From positions 62,001-126,000 of the forward strand of contig NMRA01000077.1 in NCBI GenBank assembly GCA_002633005.1: a DNA stretch of 64,000 bases. Reading direction: 5' to 3'. Below the pieces are notes generated by a model. The model ran no database searches, was not told the origin of the DNA, and was given only the letters and a program-made list of their open reading frames with translations. Made by a program: the position numbers and the translations under genes. Shown one piece after another: positions 38,590 through 50,750 of this stretch. Source of the DNA: Phoronis australis (Eukaryota; Animalia; Phoronida). Position 1 is the stretch's first letter; each line of letters starts with the position of its first letter.

Positions 38590-39996
38590 CAAGGTGTCCC
38601 ACAAGTAATGACAATTTAGTTTGGAGTGCTAATACATTGTAACTGGACATTCAATTGAATTCTTCTTGTGTTATTTCTGAGCCTAAACGAAACTTGTCTT
38701 GAAAAATATGTGTTTTTCATGGAATTTAAAGAATGGTCATCCATACGTGGGTTTGCTTCACTTCATATATGTCCACCCCCAGCAGTCACACATTCCGCCG
38801 CTCGCTGCGATCACGTGTTCTTCCTTAATGCCGGGTTCGTCTTTCATGTAAATCAGCGAAATCTCTTTTCATTCGCCAGGTAAACTAGTTCACGTCGAGA
38901 AGCCCGGCGAGAGACGACAGCTCCGGTGATCAAAGAAACCGTTCTATATTTTGTCCCACACTACGCACTATGTTACCTTTTGCAAAGGCTATAAGACGCA
39001 AGCGATCTCGTCAGTAGCAAAACCGTGGGTCATGTGAACGGTTTCAAGTTTTAACTCTGCTGGGGCTTTGCTGGAGGTTTGAGTTACCTCAAAACTGCCA
39101 TCGTTTTCGCTAGTATTTTGTATATATAGCCATTTTTGCAGTCAAAAGACACACGTGAGCAGAGTCGAGGCCTTTGTTTATCGTCGCATTAATCAATTTG
39201 TGACAGAGAATAAACGTGTTCTGACGTCAGATTTCGCTTGAAAGCGACACTGGTGACGAGGAAACAAATTAACAGGTGACGAAAATGACATCTTCGTGGA
39301 CAGCTTGTATGTGTGATTAAAACGTTAGAATTTTTGCTAGCGATTTCGCCAGTGATTTTGTTAGCGATTTCGCCAGTGATTTTGCTAGCGATTTCGCCAG
39401 TGATTTTGCTAGCGATTTCGCCAGTGATTTTGCTAGCGTTTTCGCCAGTGATTTTGCTAGCGATTTCGCCAGTGATTTTGCTAGCGTTTTCGCCAGTGAT
39501 TTTGTTAGCGATTTCGTCACTCGAGTGCACATAGTAACTGGTCACCTGTCGGAGTCTGTTCGGCCATGCCTGCTGTATTAATATCCATGGTTCGCCTCCA
39601 CGTTTGTACGGTATACAGTAAGTTGGTGTACCATTTTGCATCTACCAGGCTCGCAGGATGACGCATTATTTTGCGTTTTCTTTTTTTGTATGTGTTGGCC
39701 ATATGTGCTGATGATTTGAGGAACGAAGCACGCATTCAGCGTGTTCAAATGGTTTTGTCCGTTCACGTTTACAGTAGCAACTCACGGAACGAGTACTCTA
39801 GATAGAAAAAGTGAACAAACCCTCATTTGATGTGTGCACCTTCCGAAAGCCATAGAAATTACTGGTTTATACATCTAAATATGTATCGAAATGTTTAGAA
39901 GTTGTGTACGAGATAAATACTTTCATGATAATCTGAGACCCCCATTTCAACGTGGAAGTATTTAGATAAGACAGCCATTACTTTTGGGACACCGTG
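38590..39996. mobile_element. Tc1/mariner-like non-autonomous element
   Basis: TA on both flanks; TIR caaggtgtcccacaagtaatg / cattacttttgggacaccgtg (19/21). Confidence 0.7.
39332..39517 (+). repeat. 24-bp minisatellite (ttttgctagcgatttcgccagtga), about 7.5 copies
   Basis: Read directly; accounts for the ASKITGEI and ISPVILLA spurious ORFs. Confidence 0.95.
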
Positions 39997-40298
39997 TATA
40001 GTACTGTGCAGTGATGGTAGTCTATAGGGGTGTATTAACAAGTCCACATGTACCCTGTATAATGTGCACAAAAAAATAATACCCGCACGTTAACGTTTAA
40101 TTTGCAGTGCCGTGACCTTTTTACAAAGACAGTGATTTTTATGGAGATCACTAACTTCCAAAGACGTTACGAATTATTTTGGCTGCAAAAGAGGCGCATG
40201 ACTTTTCTTCTAATTTTAGCTCAAAAGTCCATAAATCTGTGTCGGGGAAATTAACTTAAAAAGACATTATCGTCGAGAAATTTGATTTTCTGACATAT

Positions 40299-40367
40299 GC
40301 CGTAGCGCAGAATCAAACCTGTAACCCCCTTGGTCGCATCCAAACGCTTTGCTGGCGGGGCTACCCC
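40299..40367 (-). repeat. Degenerate tRNA-like (SINE head) fragment
   Basis: Minus strand GGGGTAGCCCCGCCAGC...GGTTACAGGTTTGATTCTG with A-box and B-box-like spacing; no clean cloverleaf. Confidence 0.35.
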
Positions 40368-40449
40368 ATTCGATAAATGGTCCTGATTCCAGCAAATGTC
40401 TGGAAGACAACGTTGAGAATTGGCAATGTGTAATAAATCACAACGGATT

Positions 40450-40546
40450 CACAGGCGTCCTCAGCTTCTAATCGTCCCCAATACACTACATATAATAGTA
40501 TTATATGTAGTGTATTGGGGACGATTAGAAGCTGAGGACGCCTGTG
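40450..40546. mobile_element. 97-bp perfect foldback MITE with an 8-bp TSD
   Basis: 48-bp perfect arms around a single g (40498); aacggatt at 40442-40449 and 40547-40554. Confidence 0.92.
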
Positions 40547-41629
40547 AACGGATTTTGTTGTTGTATTACTCTGGTCAAAACTAATAACTTCAAAAAGACT
40601 ATCCCATCCAACACTGAATAATCCTAAAGCGCCTCTTCAGTTACAAGACCGACAATCTCCTCAGCTTCCATAACAAAACAGCATTTGATTAGACTACTTA
40701 CCGTTATGAAATTGGTCTCAAATTGTTCCCGATACTGGGTTCACATGAGATGGTGGTGAAAACGCTAGCAGTTTCACTGGCTAAAACGCTATCGAGAACG
40801 CTGACGTCTTAGCCTTACAGCTAGCAGACGAGCTGCACGAAGGGGTCATTTTCGCCAGACGTTAGATTGTTTCTTCACCACCCGAATCACTCCTGCTTAT
40901 GTGTGTCATTCGAAGTAAGCGTTTACAGGACTGACATTTTTGCTTGCTATCGAAAACGCTAGTGTTTTGGTCAGTTTATGAGCGAGATATTAGTGAACTT
41001 GGAAGTGATTTCTACCGAGGCTACAAAAGAACTGGCATTTCATAACACAAGCTAACGCCACCTATCGTAGTGAGCTGGTACCCGTATTGGCCCTGGAATT
41101 TATTCCTTTCAATTGGCTTTCTACTATTACACGAGTTTTGCAATTTAGTGAACAAGTTAGCAATTTTTTAACTACAAATCACGAATCTTGATCAAGAATG
41201 TTACACCAAGCGAATACAAAGATTAAATTAATTTGCGTGATGTTTACATGTTTTCAATGAAGAAGCTTCGAACAACTGTTGACTGAAGTGTAGTCTCAGT
41301 GAAATAAAATCGCGTCCTGTAAATATGTCCAACTCTGCACATCCTTATCCTTACTTCATTGCCTCATTGCCACCTATTACGTCACTAACATTTTTAGTCT
41401 ACCAGAATGTATAAGTCTTTGACTTTTATGTTATCCGTGTCTTGCACTTGTACTTTTTGCGAGCGTTTTGATGTTACTAAAGTCCATACAGTACATCCAG
41501 AGGTAATCTAAAGACCGATGTTCTGGTGTCTCTCAAGCCTGTTGATTTGATTGGAATTGTTGATCATGGGGAGTACGTAGTTGAAGGCAGAAGTGAAAAG
41601 GACTTTGCAAGGCATGACAAGGTATCTTT

Positions 41630-42000
41630 CCTACGTCTTGAGGCAAGCCTTTGTTGATAGAAGCTCAGTCCGAAATCCACGTGCGATGCTTTAACATGCA
41701 TGGGTGGCTGTTGAGGGCACTCACCACTCATTTAATGCAACGCACAGAAATACTGAGATGATGAAGCAAGCAGTACGCAAGTTTTGGGATCTGGTTAGAG
41801 TTTCATTAGCATCTTCTAGATCAAGGCCAACAATTAGAGTGTTTCCCTTGTTTTGAAAGTTTGGTCATATTTCATCTGCAACAGAAAGTGCATTGACCCA
41901 TTCAAGGTAGTGATGGAAGTGACAGAAATCCGTATTTCTCAGTTGGATCGGCTACAAATCTCGATGGTTGGCAGCCTCAGATGCTGGGCGCTTGAACAGG
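41630..42000 (-). pseudogene. Non-LTR reverse transcriptase fragment
   Basis: NKGNTLIVGLDLEDA (DLEDA at 41822-41808) and INKGLPQ (KGLPQ at 41652-41638), in RT motif order, broken by stops and frameshifts. Confidence 0.55.
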
Positions 42001-43179
42001 GCAGTGGCTTTGTTTATGGCTATCCTGACGTCTTTATACTGATCGGGTGTGTAGTTTTGGCGCGCACTGCGAAATTCCCGTTCTTTGGAACGCTTCTTGG
42101 CCCTTGGCCTGTTTCAGGAAAACTGAAACGTGGCTGAATTGTCACTGCACTGGTGTTTCTTTCTAGGTCCGCGATTTCTGGTGCCACGATGAATGTTCTG
42201 TCTGGTTGCACTTTCCCAGTCACGCCGTCAAAGCATCCGTATGGACATTTACTTCTGTAATAGGCTTATGCCTTGATGCAGAAGATGGAGTAACGATTAG
42301 TTGGTCGAGGCTGTTGCAAAAGCCTCTAAGCTCAATATGTACGCCAAAAGGGGCAGGCTAACCACGGCGGGTCAGTTCCCTACAGGCCTATGTATTCCGG
42401 CAGACTTGAGGCAGGCTCTGATTGGCCAATTAGGGGAACCCTTACCATACCAAACCTGACACCGATGAAGAGATGGCTTTGAATCGGTAAATTGCCACAT
42501 ACTGGTATGTTCGCTGACACGAGGTGGCAGCCAGGAGTGACATCTCCTGAATTCCTGACCATGAAGACAGTCTGCGGGCTTCTGTCATTGAAGCTGAAAG
42601 CTAGAAAGTGCACCCCGCACTAACTACACTAAGCTGCAGTAACTACACACTAGACCCCAATGAAATAATAATAGCGTAAGAAATTCAGTACTCAAAGAGC
42701 ATGTGGTACTTCATCAATGCGTTTCAATTACTAATTGCCCACTCACTGTATACAATCATTCTTTGACCTCGACCATAAGTATACTTTGGGAAGTACATGT
42801 TTGAAAAAAATATAAAACACAAATGAGGTACATGTGCTAGTTACAAAATGTGCCGGGCAGCTGAGGTTACCCAAAATGCGTTACATTGGACTCACGGTGT
42901 GTTCCGTCTAGCGACGATTGTCTGTGCCCTTGCTGGGCGGGTCCATCGATTCAAGATCATTTTGTACGACAACATGGCCGAAAACTAACTAGGTAAGAAA
43001 TAATAAACAATACCATCATTCACAGTGTTGCAAATGACACGTTTTGGTTAAAGATTTTGCAAACCCCTATTGATCAGTCATGAAAAACTTGTGTTGAATG
43101 AGCAGCTCACAGGTGTGTACCGCAGTGTGGCTCTGTTCCGTTAGGCCTGTGGGCTTCCTACCGCCTGATACATTCACAC

Positions 43180-43440
43180 TTTGTGCTTGTATGCCGCCAT
43201 TCCTGCTGCCACTTGTATTTCCCTGTTTATTTCGCTTCGTATATGTTCATTCCATTTATTGCCCGATGATGAGACATGCAGTCTCGAAATATAGGTAGTG
43301 TTTTGATTTGTTTGTTTGTTATGTCGCTCGGTGTTTTGCTACATAGCTACACACCTGAAGAAAGGAGATTGTTTCGACGCTACGAGCGGATCTGTATCAA
43401 GCTTTCAAACAAAAAGTTTAGTCGTGTTTTCAACGAAGTT
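43180..43440 (+). mobile_element. Penelope-like pseudo-LTR fragment with a degenerate hammerhead motif and ORF start
   Basis: ccgatga-t-gagac-atgca-gtctc-gaaatata (43263-43293), then ATG 43321 MSLGVLLHSYTPEERRLFRRYERICIKLSNKKFSRVFNE, resembling PLE ORF N-termini. Confidence 0.6.
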
Positions 43441-46400
43441 TCCCCTGTGAGGGAATTTCCAGAAAAAGCACAAAATTCACGATTTTTGAAATACATCAGA
43501 AGGAAAAACTCTGTAGTCACCACATAGTCTCTAATAGCTGGGGGCTACAAGTTTACCCAGGGACAGGCTGAACTACATTATACAGCCTCACACTGCACAA
43601 CCAGATTCTGCACAATTCGGGATCATCATTCATATAAACCAACTTTGTCAATATTCAGTAACAGTGCCATACATCAAACGTACTGTGACATAATTACCTC
43701 CAAAACGTGATGTTTTGTCGCTTTTAGTTCTGTCGTCCAACTATTTTTGCATTTAAAGACTGCACAGTATACAGGAAGGTGGACTCACTTTCATCTCCTA
43801 CCAAATTAGTAGGGCGGACTATTCGGCTCGTCATAAAGCCTTGAGGGAGAAAAATCGACGAATTGATGAGCAATTGGGAGATCGTTTTTTCTTTGAAATT
43901 TGAAACCAAAAGAAAAATGGTTTGACATCAATAGAAATTCAAATTCTTTACGAACAAACCGTAAAAATACCTGGTTCAAGTCTGTTTCAGTGGCAGAAAA
44001 TCGCTTTGAATAATATAGTTTATTCTGTTTTCGCGTTCCAGACCTTAAGAAAGTCGATTTTGGAGACATTAGCGTCATTTTGAAGATCATACTGAGAACG
44101 TCAAGTTTTTTTTTGAAATTTGTGGTCGGTGCGTTCAGGTCTCAAGAAATCTTTAAATTTTGATAACAATTTGCACCAGGGTGTAGATGAGGAAATTCCA
44201 GCGCTGTATTCCGTAAACCCAGTGCATCGCTTATTGAACGGAAACAGTGAATTCTAGCCCATGATTGTCTAATTATATCCAATAATTCAACATTTCAGCC
44301 TTATTGACCAAGCACTCACTTCAGCGACCGCCATTTTGTTGAGGTAAGCTAGTAAGGTCGCCAACCTACTCGCGTAAAACTCGCATTCGACTTTTAAGTA
44401 CTTAAAAGTACTTTTGCGTAGTCTCACGGTATCTCACCGTTTTCGCAAGAAATTTTGTCCATGGAACGCAACCGAGATGCCAGTCGAATTGAGTGACCTT
44501 GGCCTCGTTTTCAAGGTCACGGAGTGTTGGCGCCATATCTTAAGCAGGTCATATTGCACCAAGTTGCAGACTACATATTTTGCGCTGGTACAGGAGAAAA
44601 TCCTTTGAAAATTATCTCTTTTGAAAGTTTTGATGACCTTTTCAGAATGTTTCAAACAAGTTGTTATATCTGAGATTCATTTGGCTTGTCTTTTCACGAA
44701 AAATTCATCACCACACAATGTGCGGACAAACGCTTGGGTTCATGCATGTATGGTTGTCATTCAAACTAAAATACACAACGGGCCATCTTATACGTATTAC
44801 AAATTTCAGTCACAGCTTCTGAAATAAATATATTTTCCACTTAAAGATTTATCTCCTCTGAAGTATTTGCTGGTAAAAGAAAACTACTACTTGAGTTCTT
44901 AGCGCAGACCACTATTTTAGGCTACACGTACAAACCCCAAGTTGACCATGGGACTAATGAATACAGCAATTTCCTGACACTAAAACCAAATGAACAGGCA
45001 TCAATCAAAAAGTTTATCTCTAAATTACTGGTAAAGAAAAGGAAACAAGTAAAATTAACCATGATAATTATGTCAAAGCTAATTAGAGAAAAGATCCATT
45101 AGAAAAACGTTTGTATTACTTACTTGTGAACATGCCAATAATCACCACAGCCTTGAACATGCAAAAAATATTTCCATCATTTGCTACTAAAGGTCGTAAA
45201 CTATACTCGGGTGCATCAAAACATGCGATGTTTAATCCACTGATAATGAGTGATCCGCTAACATCATCTGGCGCGCTGGACATTCAATGAAAGTCGAGAC
45301 TACCTATTGTGAGAAACACTTCAGAAGTTCAAAACAGTCATTGCCAAGGGTTTGCTTTGCAAGCAGACTCGGCTTATCATGTAAGAGCAATCATTTTTAA
45401 TTTCCCAAGTGGCATAACTGCATTTTAAATGGTATTCCGTTTAGATTTCTCCGAGTATGCCTGAATGGGAATTACTGCCATCAAATATGTTTTCGTGTTC
45501 TAAAGGTGACTGTTTGGTTTCCTTTTTATTTCTGATTTACAAGAGTTAATTATGTTCTAAAAACATTACCCTTATAATTGATTCATTAATTCATACCACA
45601 CGCGAATACCTATAAAAATGGAAGCCACTCATTCTTAATGCCTCATGTTCAACTTGTTTTTTCATCAAAGAAATACACATTCTTGTTTTCTGTAATTTGT
45701 AAGTGCAATAACCAACGTTACCTCTTTCCAGATTAAATTGGTTTGACTTCTACACATTTCTGTAGACACTATTTCCCGGTTAGTGTTACTTTTGTCAACA
45801 ACAGGTGTCGCATTTTTCATAACTAAAACGTTGATAGTGTTGCACTGGTTACTTCACTTTTTTGTTATCTCGGCTGCTAAAGCAGCGAAATACCAAAATC
45901 ATAGACGTATTGAACGGTCTTGTATCATTCTTTGATCTTTTAGTCTGAATATGGTTCGTTTTTTTTACGTCACAAGAAAACATGACTGCTTCGAAATTTT
46001 TTCAAAAATGAGAATTTTCACCACAACAAATCTTATGTGGTTGGTGATGACATCGTTATCGCCTAATGTGCGAGACTTATGGAAAGACGATTCGTCCCAC
46101 TCTTGTCCTACGAATCATAGTTACACTACTACTTGCAAATAACGTTAGTTCGGTGACAAAACCTCAAATTTCCAGGGAACCTTGCAATGTCTTCTTACAG
46201 TGGAACTTGATAAGCTAATTTGAATGACATCGAGTTGCCACTTGTTGCTTGCTTGGTTTTTATACAATCTAAGGTGGCTGCAGCGTTTGATGAGAATCTT
46301 AAGTCCATCGTAACATTTGATCTAAAGACAGATGGAAAATTATTTGAAAGGAATTGCAATGTCAGGCAATCTGATTCCATGATTTTTTTATCAATTAGAA

Positions 46401-46519
46401 GTAAGCAGAATGGTCAAAATCCAAATTAGAAGTCAGTTTTCAAAAATTGTATACATGCAGCACGTATGTTGTGTATTGTGAGTGCGTGTCTTCGTGTATG
46501 TACGCATGTATATATGTAT

Positions 46520-46790
46520 GAATGGAGGGCTGGACAGATGGATGGATGTATGTATGCATGCATGCATGTGTGCATGAATGGAAGGATGGATGGATGTACG
46601 GATGAATGGGCGGATGGGTGGATTGATGGAAGGTAGGATGGATGGATGGATGGATGGATGGATGGATGGATGGATGGATGGATGGATGGATGGGTGGGAG
46701 GTTGAGTGGGTGGAATGAAGGACGGAATGATGGGTGGGTTTGTGGGTGGGTGGATGGATCGGTGGTTGCATGTATGTATACGTATGTACA
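46520..46790 (+). repeat. (GGAT)n/(GTAT)n compound microsatellite
   Basis: Read directly; accounts for the HPSI spurious ORFs. Confidence 0.95.
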
Positions 46791-49700
46791 TTAGAACGTT
46801 CCGGGTCTTCATCCATTGCAATGTGTCATTGACAAGAAGATGGAACAGACGAACCAAAGCGGTTTTAATCAAGTTATATTTTTACTCTCTTCAGCTTCCA
46901 GAGGCACTGTTTTTGTAAGATTTTATACCTTGCTAAAGGGATATGATACCGTACCAAAACAGAACAACATACCTGCTTCTAAAGTCACAACAGACGTACA
47001 TACTTGAACTGTATTAGTTACTTATGGAGGAGCTAGGTAGAATTGCCCATGATCTTATACTTGGATCTCAGTTATAGTTCTACATGATGCTGGTGCTACG
47101 TATCATTCCAAATGCAACTCCATTTTTCATTATTGAAGTCGAACGTCAAGTAATCGTTGTAACTGGACGTCAGACGGTTATGAAACAATTCATGCTGTTA
47201 GTCGTGACGGCACAAATATCTGTAATTCTCTTGATATATATCGAAGCAATGATCTCTGAAATTTGAATTTGTTATGTCAAGGACATCTTGAGCTCAACCA
47301 AATGTTAATGTTGACAAAACTCTTGAGATTTATGCTCATCATGCGCACATTTGAAGCGTCATGGCCAGCTACATGTTACACGTGACTTATGTTTTCGGAA
47401 GTCACGTGGTTACACTTGTTGTTCACACTCCAATTAGAAGTTTATATTGGCAATGTATTATCGTAAACAGCACTTTCGGAAATACGCAGATATCATGCCC
47501 GAAATTCTGGCAGTTTACGTGTAAAATGGTTGTGACTCAGTTGTTGTAACGTACGGGAATTGACAAAGCAAAGGTGTCACTCAGAAAAGCTACAGTTTAA
47601 GCTACAGTTACTAGACAACCACTAGGACGATCTCGGATTGCATAACGACAGTTCAATTTGGCAGTATTTACCCACAATGCTGAAACACCCGTTAAGCAGT
47701 TCTCTAGCCTTGAGTTCTCGCCATAGGATTTTCTTTTGCTGATTTTTGATGCTTTGCTTTCTTCAAGTTTTTCTCGACTGCATTAGCTGTGTTCGACCTT
47801 GCATTGCCAGTGAAGTTTTACTGCTGTGCTGCGGGCAGCAACCCCGAAGGTAGAAAGTTAGAACTTGAGAAGTATCTGTGTGTGTTTCCGACATGATCCT
47901 TAGTCAGCTTTCCTTTTCTAAAACGAGAACAATGTAACAACGTGTTTTCCAACCTGCAGAAACAAGGAAATTTCTATCCGGATCTGTCCTGTTGCAAGCT
48001 TTGTAACCGTTATGAAGCAGGCTACAACATTCATGGATGCTTGCATTCCATTCGTCTACAAACTGAAGCACTGAGGCTCTGCAGCTTATCACCAGCGATT
48101 CAACTTAGGCCTTACAAGAAAACGTTTGCAGCGCACACCGTCAAGTCTCTCAATTCTACAATGCCTAGATTGGAAATCGATCTTCTCTCAATCCGTTAGA
48201 TATCCTTAAATTTGTTAGGTATGGCTGTGCTGCTGAGTAACCATGCAAAAATGGGAAATGCTGTTGTATGGGACGTCAGCTGTGCTTGGAGTGGCACCTG
48301 TGCCACTTCTTTCAGAGAACAAGCAATGCAACGGGTTTTACTGAAGAAGATAACAGAGGTGCTCTAAAGTCGGACGATAAATAATAATATGAAGCAGTAA
48401 TTAGCTTTTATTGTGTATTTATGTTCGAGTTAAAATTATGCACTGGACTTTCTCGGACAATTCTCATGGGGCATGCGTTTATTTATAAACATAAACTTGC
48501 GTTTGTGATGTAATTTGAATTTTGAGCGTTCCAAGCCCTCCAAACTGGCAAAATAACCACAGAATCGAATTACTTGTCATTGAATTCATTCGAATTCATA
48601 TCAAAATGTCTTTCCTACTATATTTAGGTCAAAAGTTATGATGAAATTTAGATTCTCATCACACGCGCAGCACCTGTTTTGTCGACAATCTTGGATTCTG
48701 AAAAACCAAGCCAGTTGCAAGTCGCCACCCGCGATGGCACCATGTCGTTCCCTAAAAGCATTTACTCGGTGAAGCGAAATTGCATGACTGCATACATGTA
48801 GGCCTACGTGATACTGCGTGTAGGTCCATATGAAGGCTTGTTGTTTCAGCGGGTCTGAATGAGGATACAGAGTTCGAGTATGGCGGACAGCGAAGTTTGG
48901 AGGGAGTAAAACACGTACAGTACCCCAGTAATATGTTTGCAAAATCAACGTTCCGTGAACGAGGCTCAGGCTGGCGTTAACGAGGTTATCATTATCACCA
49001 ATTAAACTTTCCAATCCCGAATCTTTTCGTTCAACTTCCTACAACGTCATTGTTTTAGGTTACTATAGTTTCTCTCGATTCTGGATTATCCTGATAAGCA
49101 GACAACCTTTCTACACATTGGGGGCGTCAGTATGTGTCGGCGTTCACTGCGCATCGACACGTATTGTCGCCGGGGCGACAATGTTTGTCGTGTGCGACAA
49201 TATATGTCACAACACACTCTCCTGGCGGAGAAGTGAACTAGCAAGTGTAACAGTATTGTTGCGCCAGTCTTAACTCACGGACGTAGATTACGGGGTCACA
49301 AGGGCCCGTGCATCTCGTTTACAGACATACCCTAGAAGCGAAACAAACGCCAAATCACCGTGACTCGGGCGGAATGTATATATAGTAATGCGCTATCTTA
49401 TGCCAAAAATATGTTACAAAAAAACGTTGTTCTTGATAAAAAGTGAGTTTACGCTAATCTCGTGATTCCAGTGAATGTGACAGTTAAAATGGATTTTGAA
49501 TATGAATGTTAAACTTATTCAGTGTTACGCAATAAACAATAAAAAACATGGGAGACTAAATTGGAAAAACTGAAATATAATTTACTGTATTTTACCAGAT
49601 CACCTTCCAAACCTGTGTTTAAATATGAGTCCCTCTTAAGTCTAGAGCACACTAAAATATTTTTATTTGGAAATTTCCTTTAGGATGTCGAATATTCTAG

Positions 49701-50499
49701 TTTGTACTGCTGATATGAGAACAATATGCATGTACTCACTGACACCATTCAAAAGTCTACGATTTCCCACAAATAAGTTGAGTCAAAAACAATTTCAGAA
49801 CATTCTTAATGTTATCAAAACGACAACCAATTCGTCACTTCAAGGAATTGAGTAGTCTGCTTATCTCGGTGCCATTCAATAATCCTATGCAGATCGGTAT
49901 TCAGTGCCGGTTGTATAAAACAGTCCTAAATAGAGACTCAAAAAAGTTCCTAAATCTACCGCTTTTGAAAACATTGATTGTTCTTTTTATGATGTTTGAC
50001 TCTCATCCCCAAGTCAATTTTTGGGTTTAATACAAATCGAGAGTGAACTCTACGTTGAATTCTCAATATTATTGAAAATATGTAGGGATCTTTTCATGCA
50101 ACGCCCCTAATTTAAGGACTAAGTCCCTAAATATTTTGACTGAATTAAGGGTTCAGTTTTTAAATTATATTATTAGAACATGTCACTAGTCAAAAGAGAG
50201 CTCATAATAAAGACAACATGATAGAAAAAATAGCACACCTGTGAGTAAAGAATGAAGCAAATACGAAGTAGCCTAGATTTGGGGAACTTAGTTGAGTCCC
50301 TATTTGGCACTGTTTCGTGCAACGGGACACTGAAAGAAATTGACGCTGAGAAAAAATGAACACTGTCTCAACCACACCAAAATCCAGTTTCGAATTAAAA
50401 GCAAGGAAGTGCGTGAAATGCAACATACTAAGTATGTGTATTTGGAAAATGCTTTAACAAAAGCGTAAAATGACCCAAAAAGTGTCATGTGAAATGCAA

Positions 50500-50750
50500 C
50501 AAATTATTGAGCCCGTAAACTGCACAAAATCTATGAACCCAGTGAGGCGAATTAATGAAGTCGTGAAATTGGAGAATTAAATGAATCTGTAAAGTCTATC
50601 TTTAAATGCAATGAACTATCGAATCCGTAAAATGTCTGAACCCATAAAATGCAACGAATGTATGAATCCCTACTATACGACGAAGTATGAATCCCTACTA
50701 TACGACGAATTGACGAATCCGTAAAAATGTTGGCGAATTATTGAACTCGT
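50500..50750 (+). repeat. Degenerate tandem array with a period of about 25 bp
   Basis: Recurring tgaa(c/t)ccgtaaaatgcaacgaa units, including an exact tatgaatccctactatacgacgaa pair at about 50661-50709. Confidence 0.6.

Noticed and set aside
39189-39641. Repetitive ORFs (ASKITGEI, ISPVILLA, SLAK) and a CRISPR-like appearance
   Set aside because: Head-to-tail 24-bp minisatellite with no spacers and no cas genes, in a eukaryotic context; the ORFs are by-products of the repeat.
45118-45160. Minus-strand mini-exon MFKAVVIIGMFT followed by GTAAGT
   Set aside because: Looks like a signal-peptide exon, but no partner exon was found; could be chance.
46426-46918. His/Pro-rich ORFs
   Set aside because: Translations of the (GGAT)n microsatellite.
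48601-49014. 137-aa minus-strand ORF
   Set aside because: Non-ATG start, no domain recognised, no clear splice sites.
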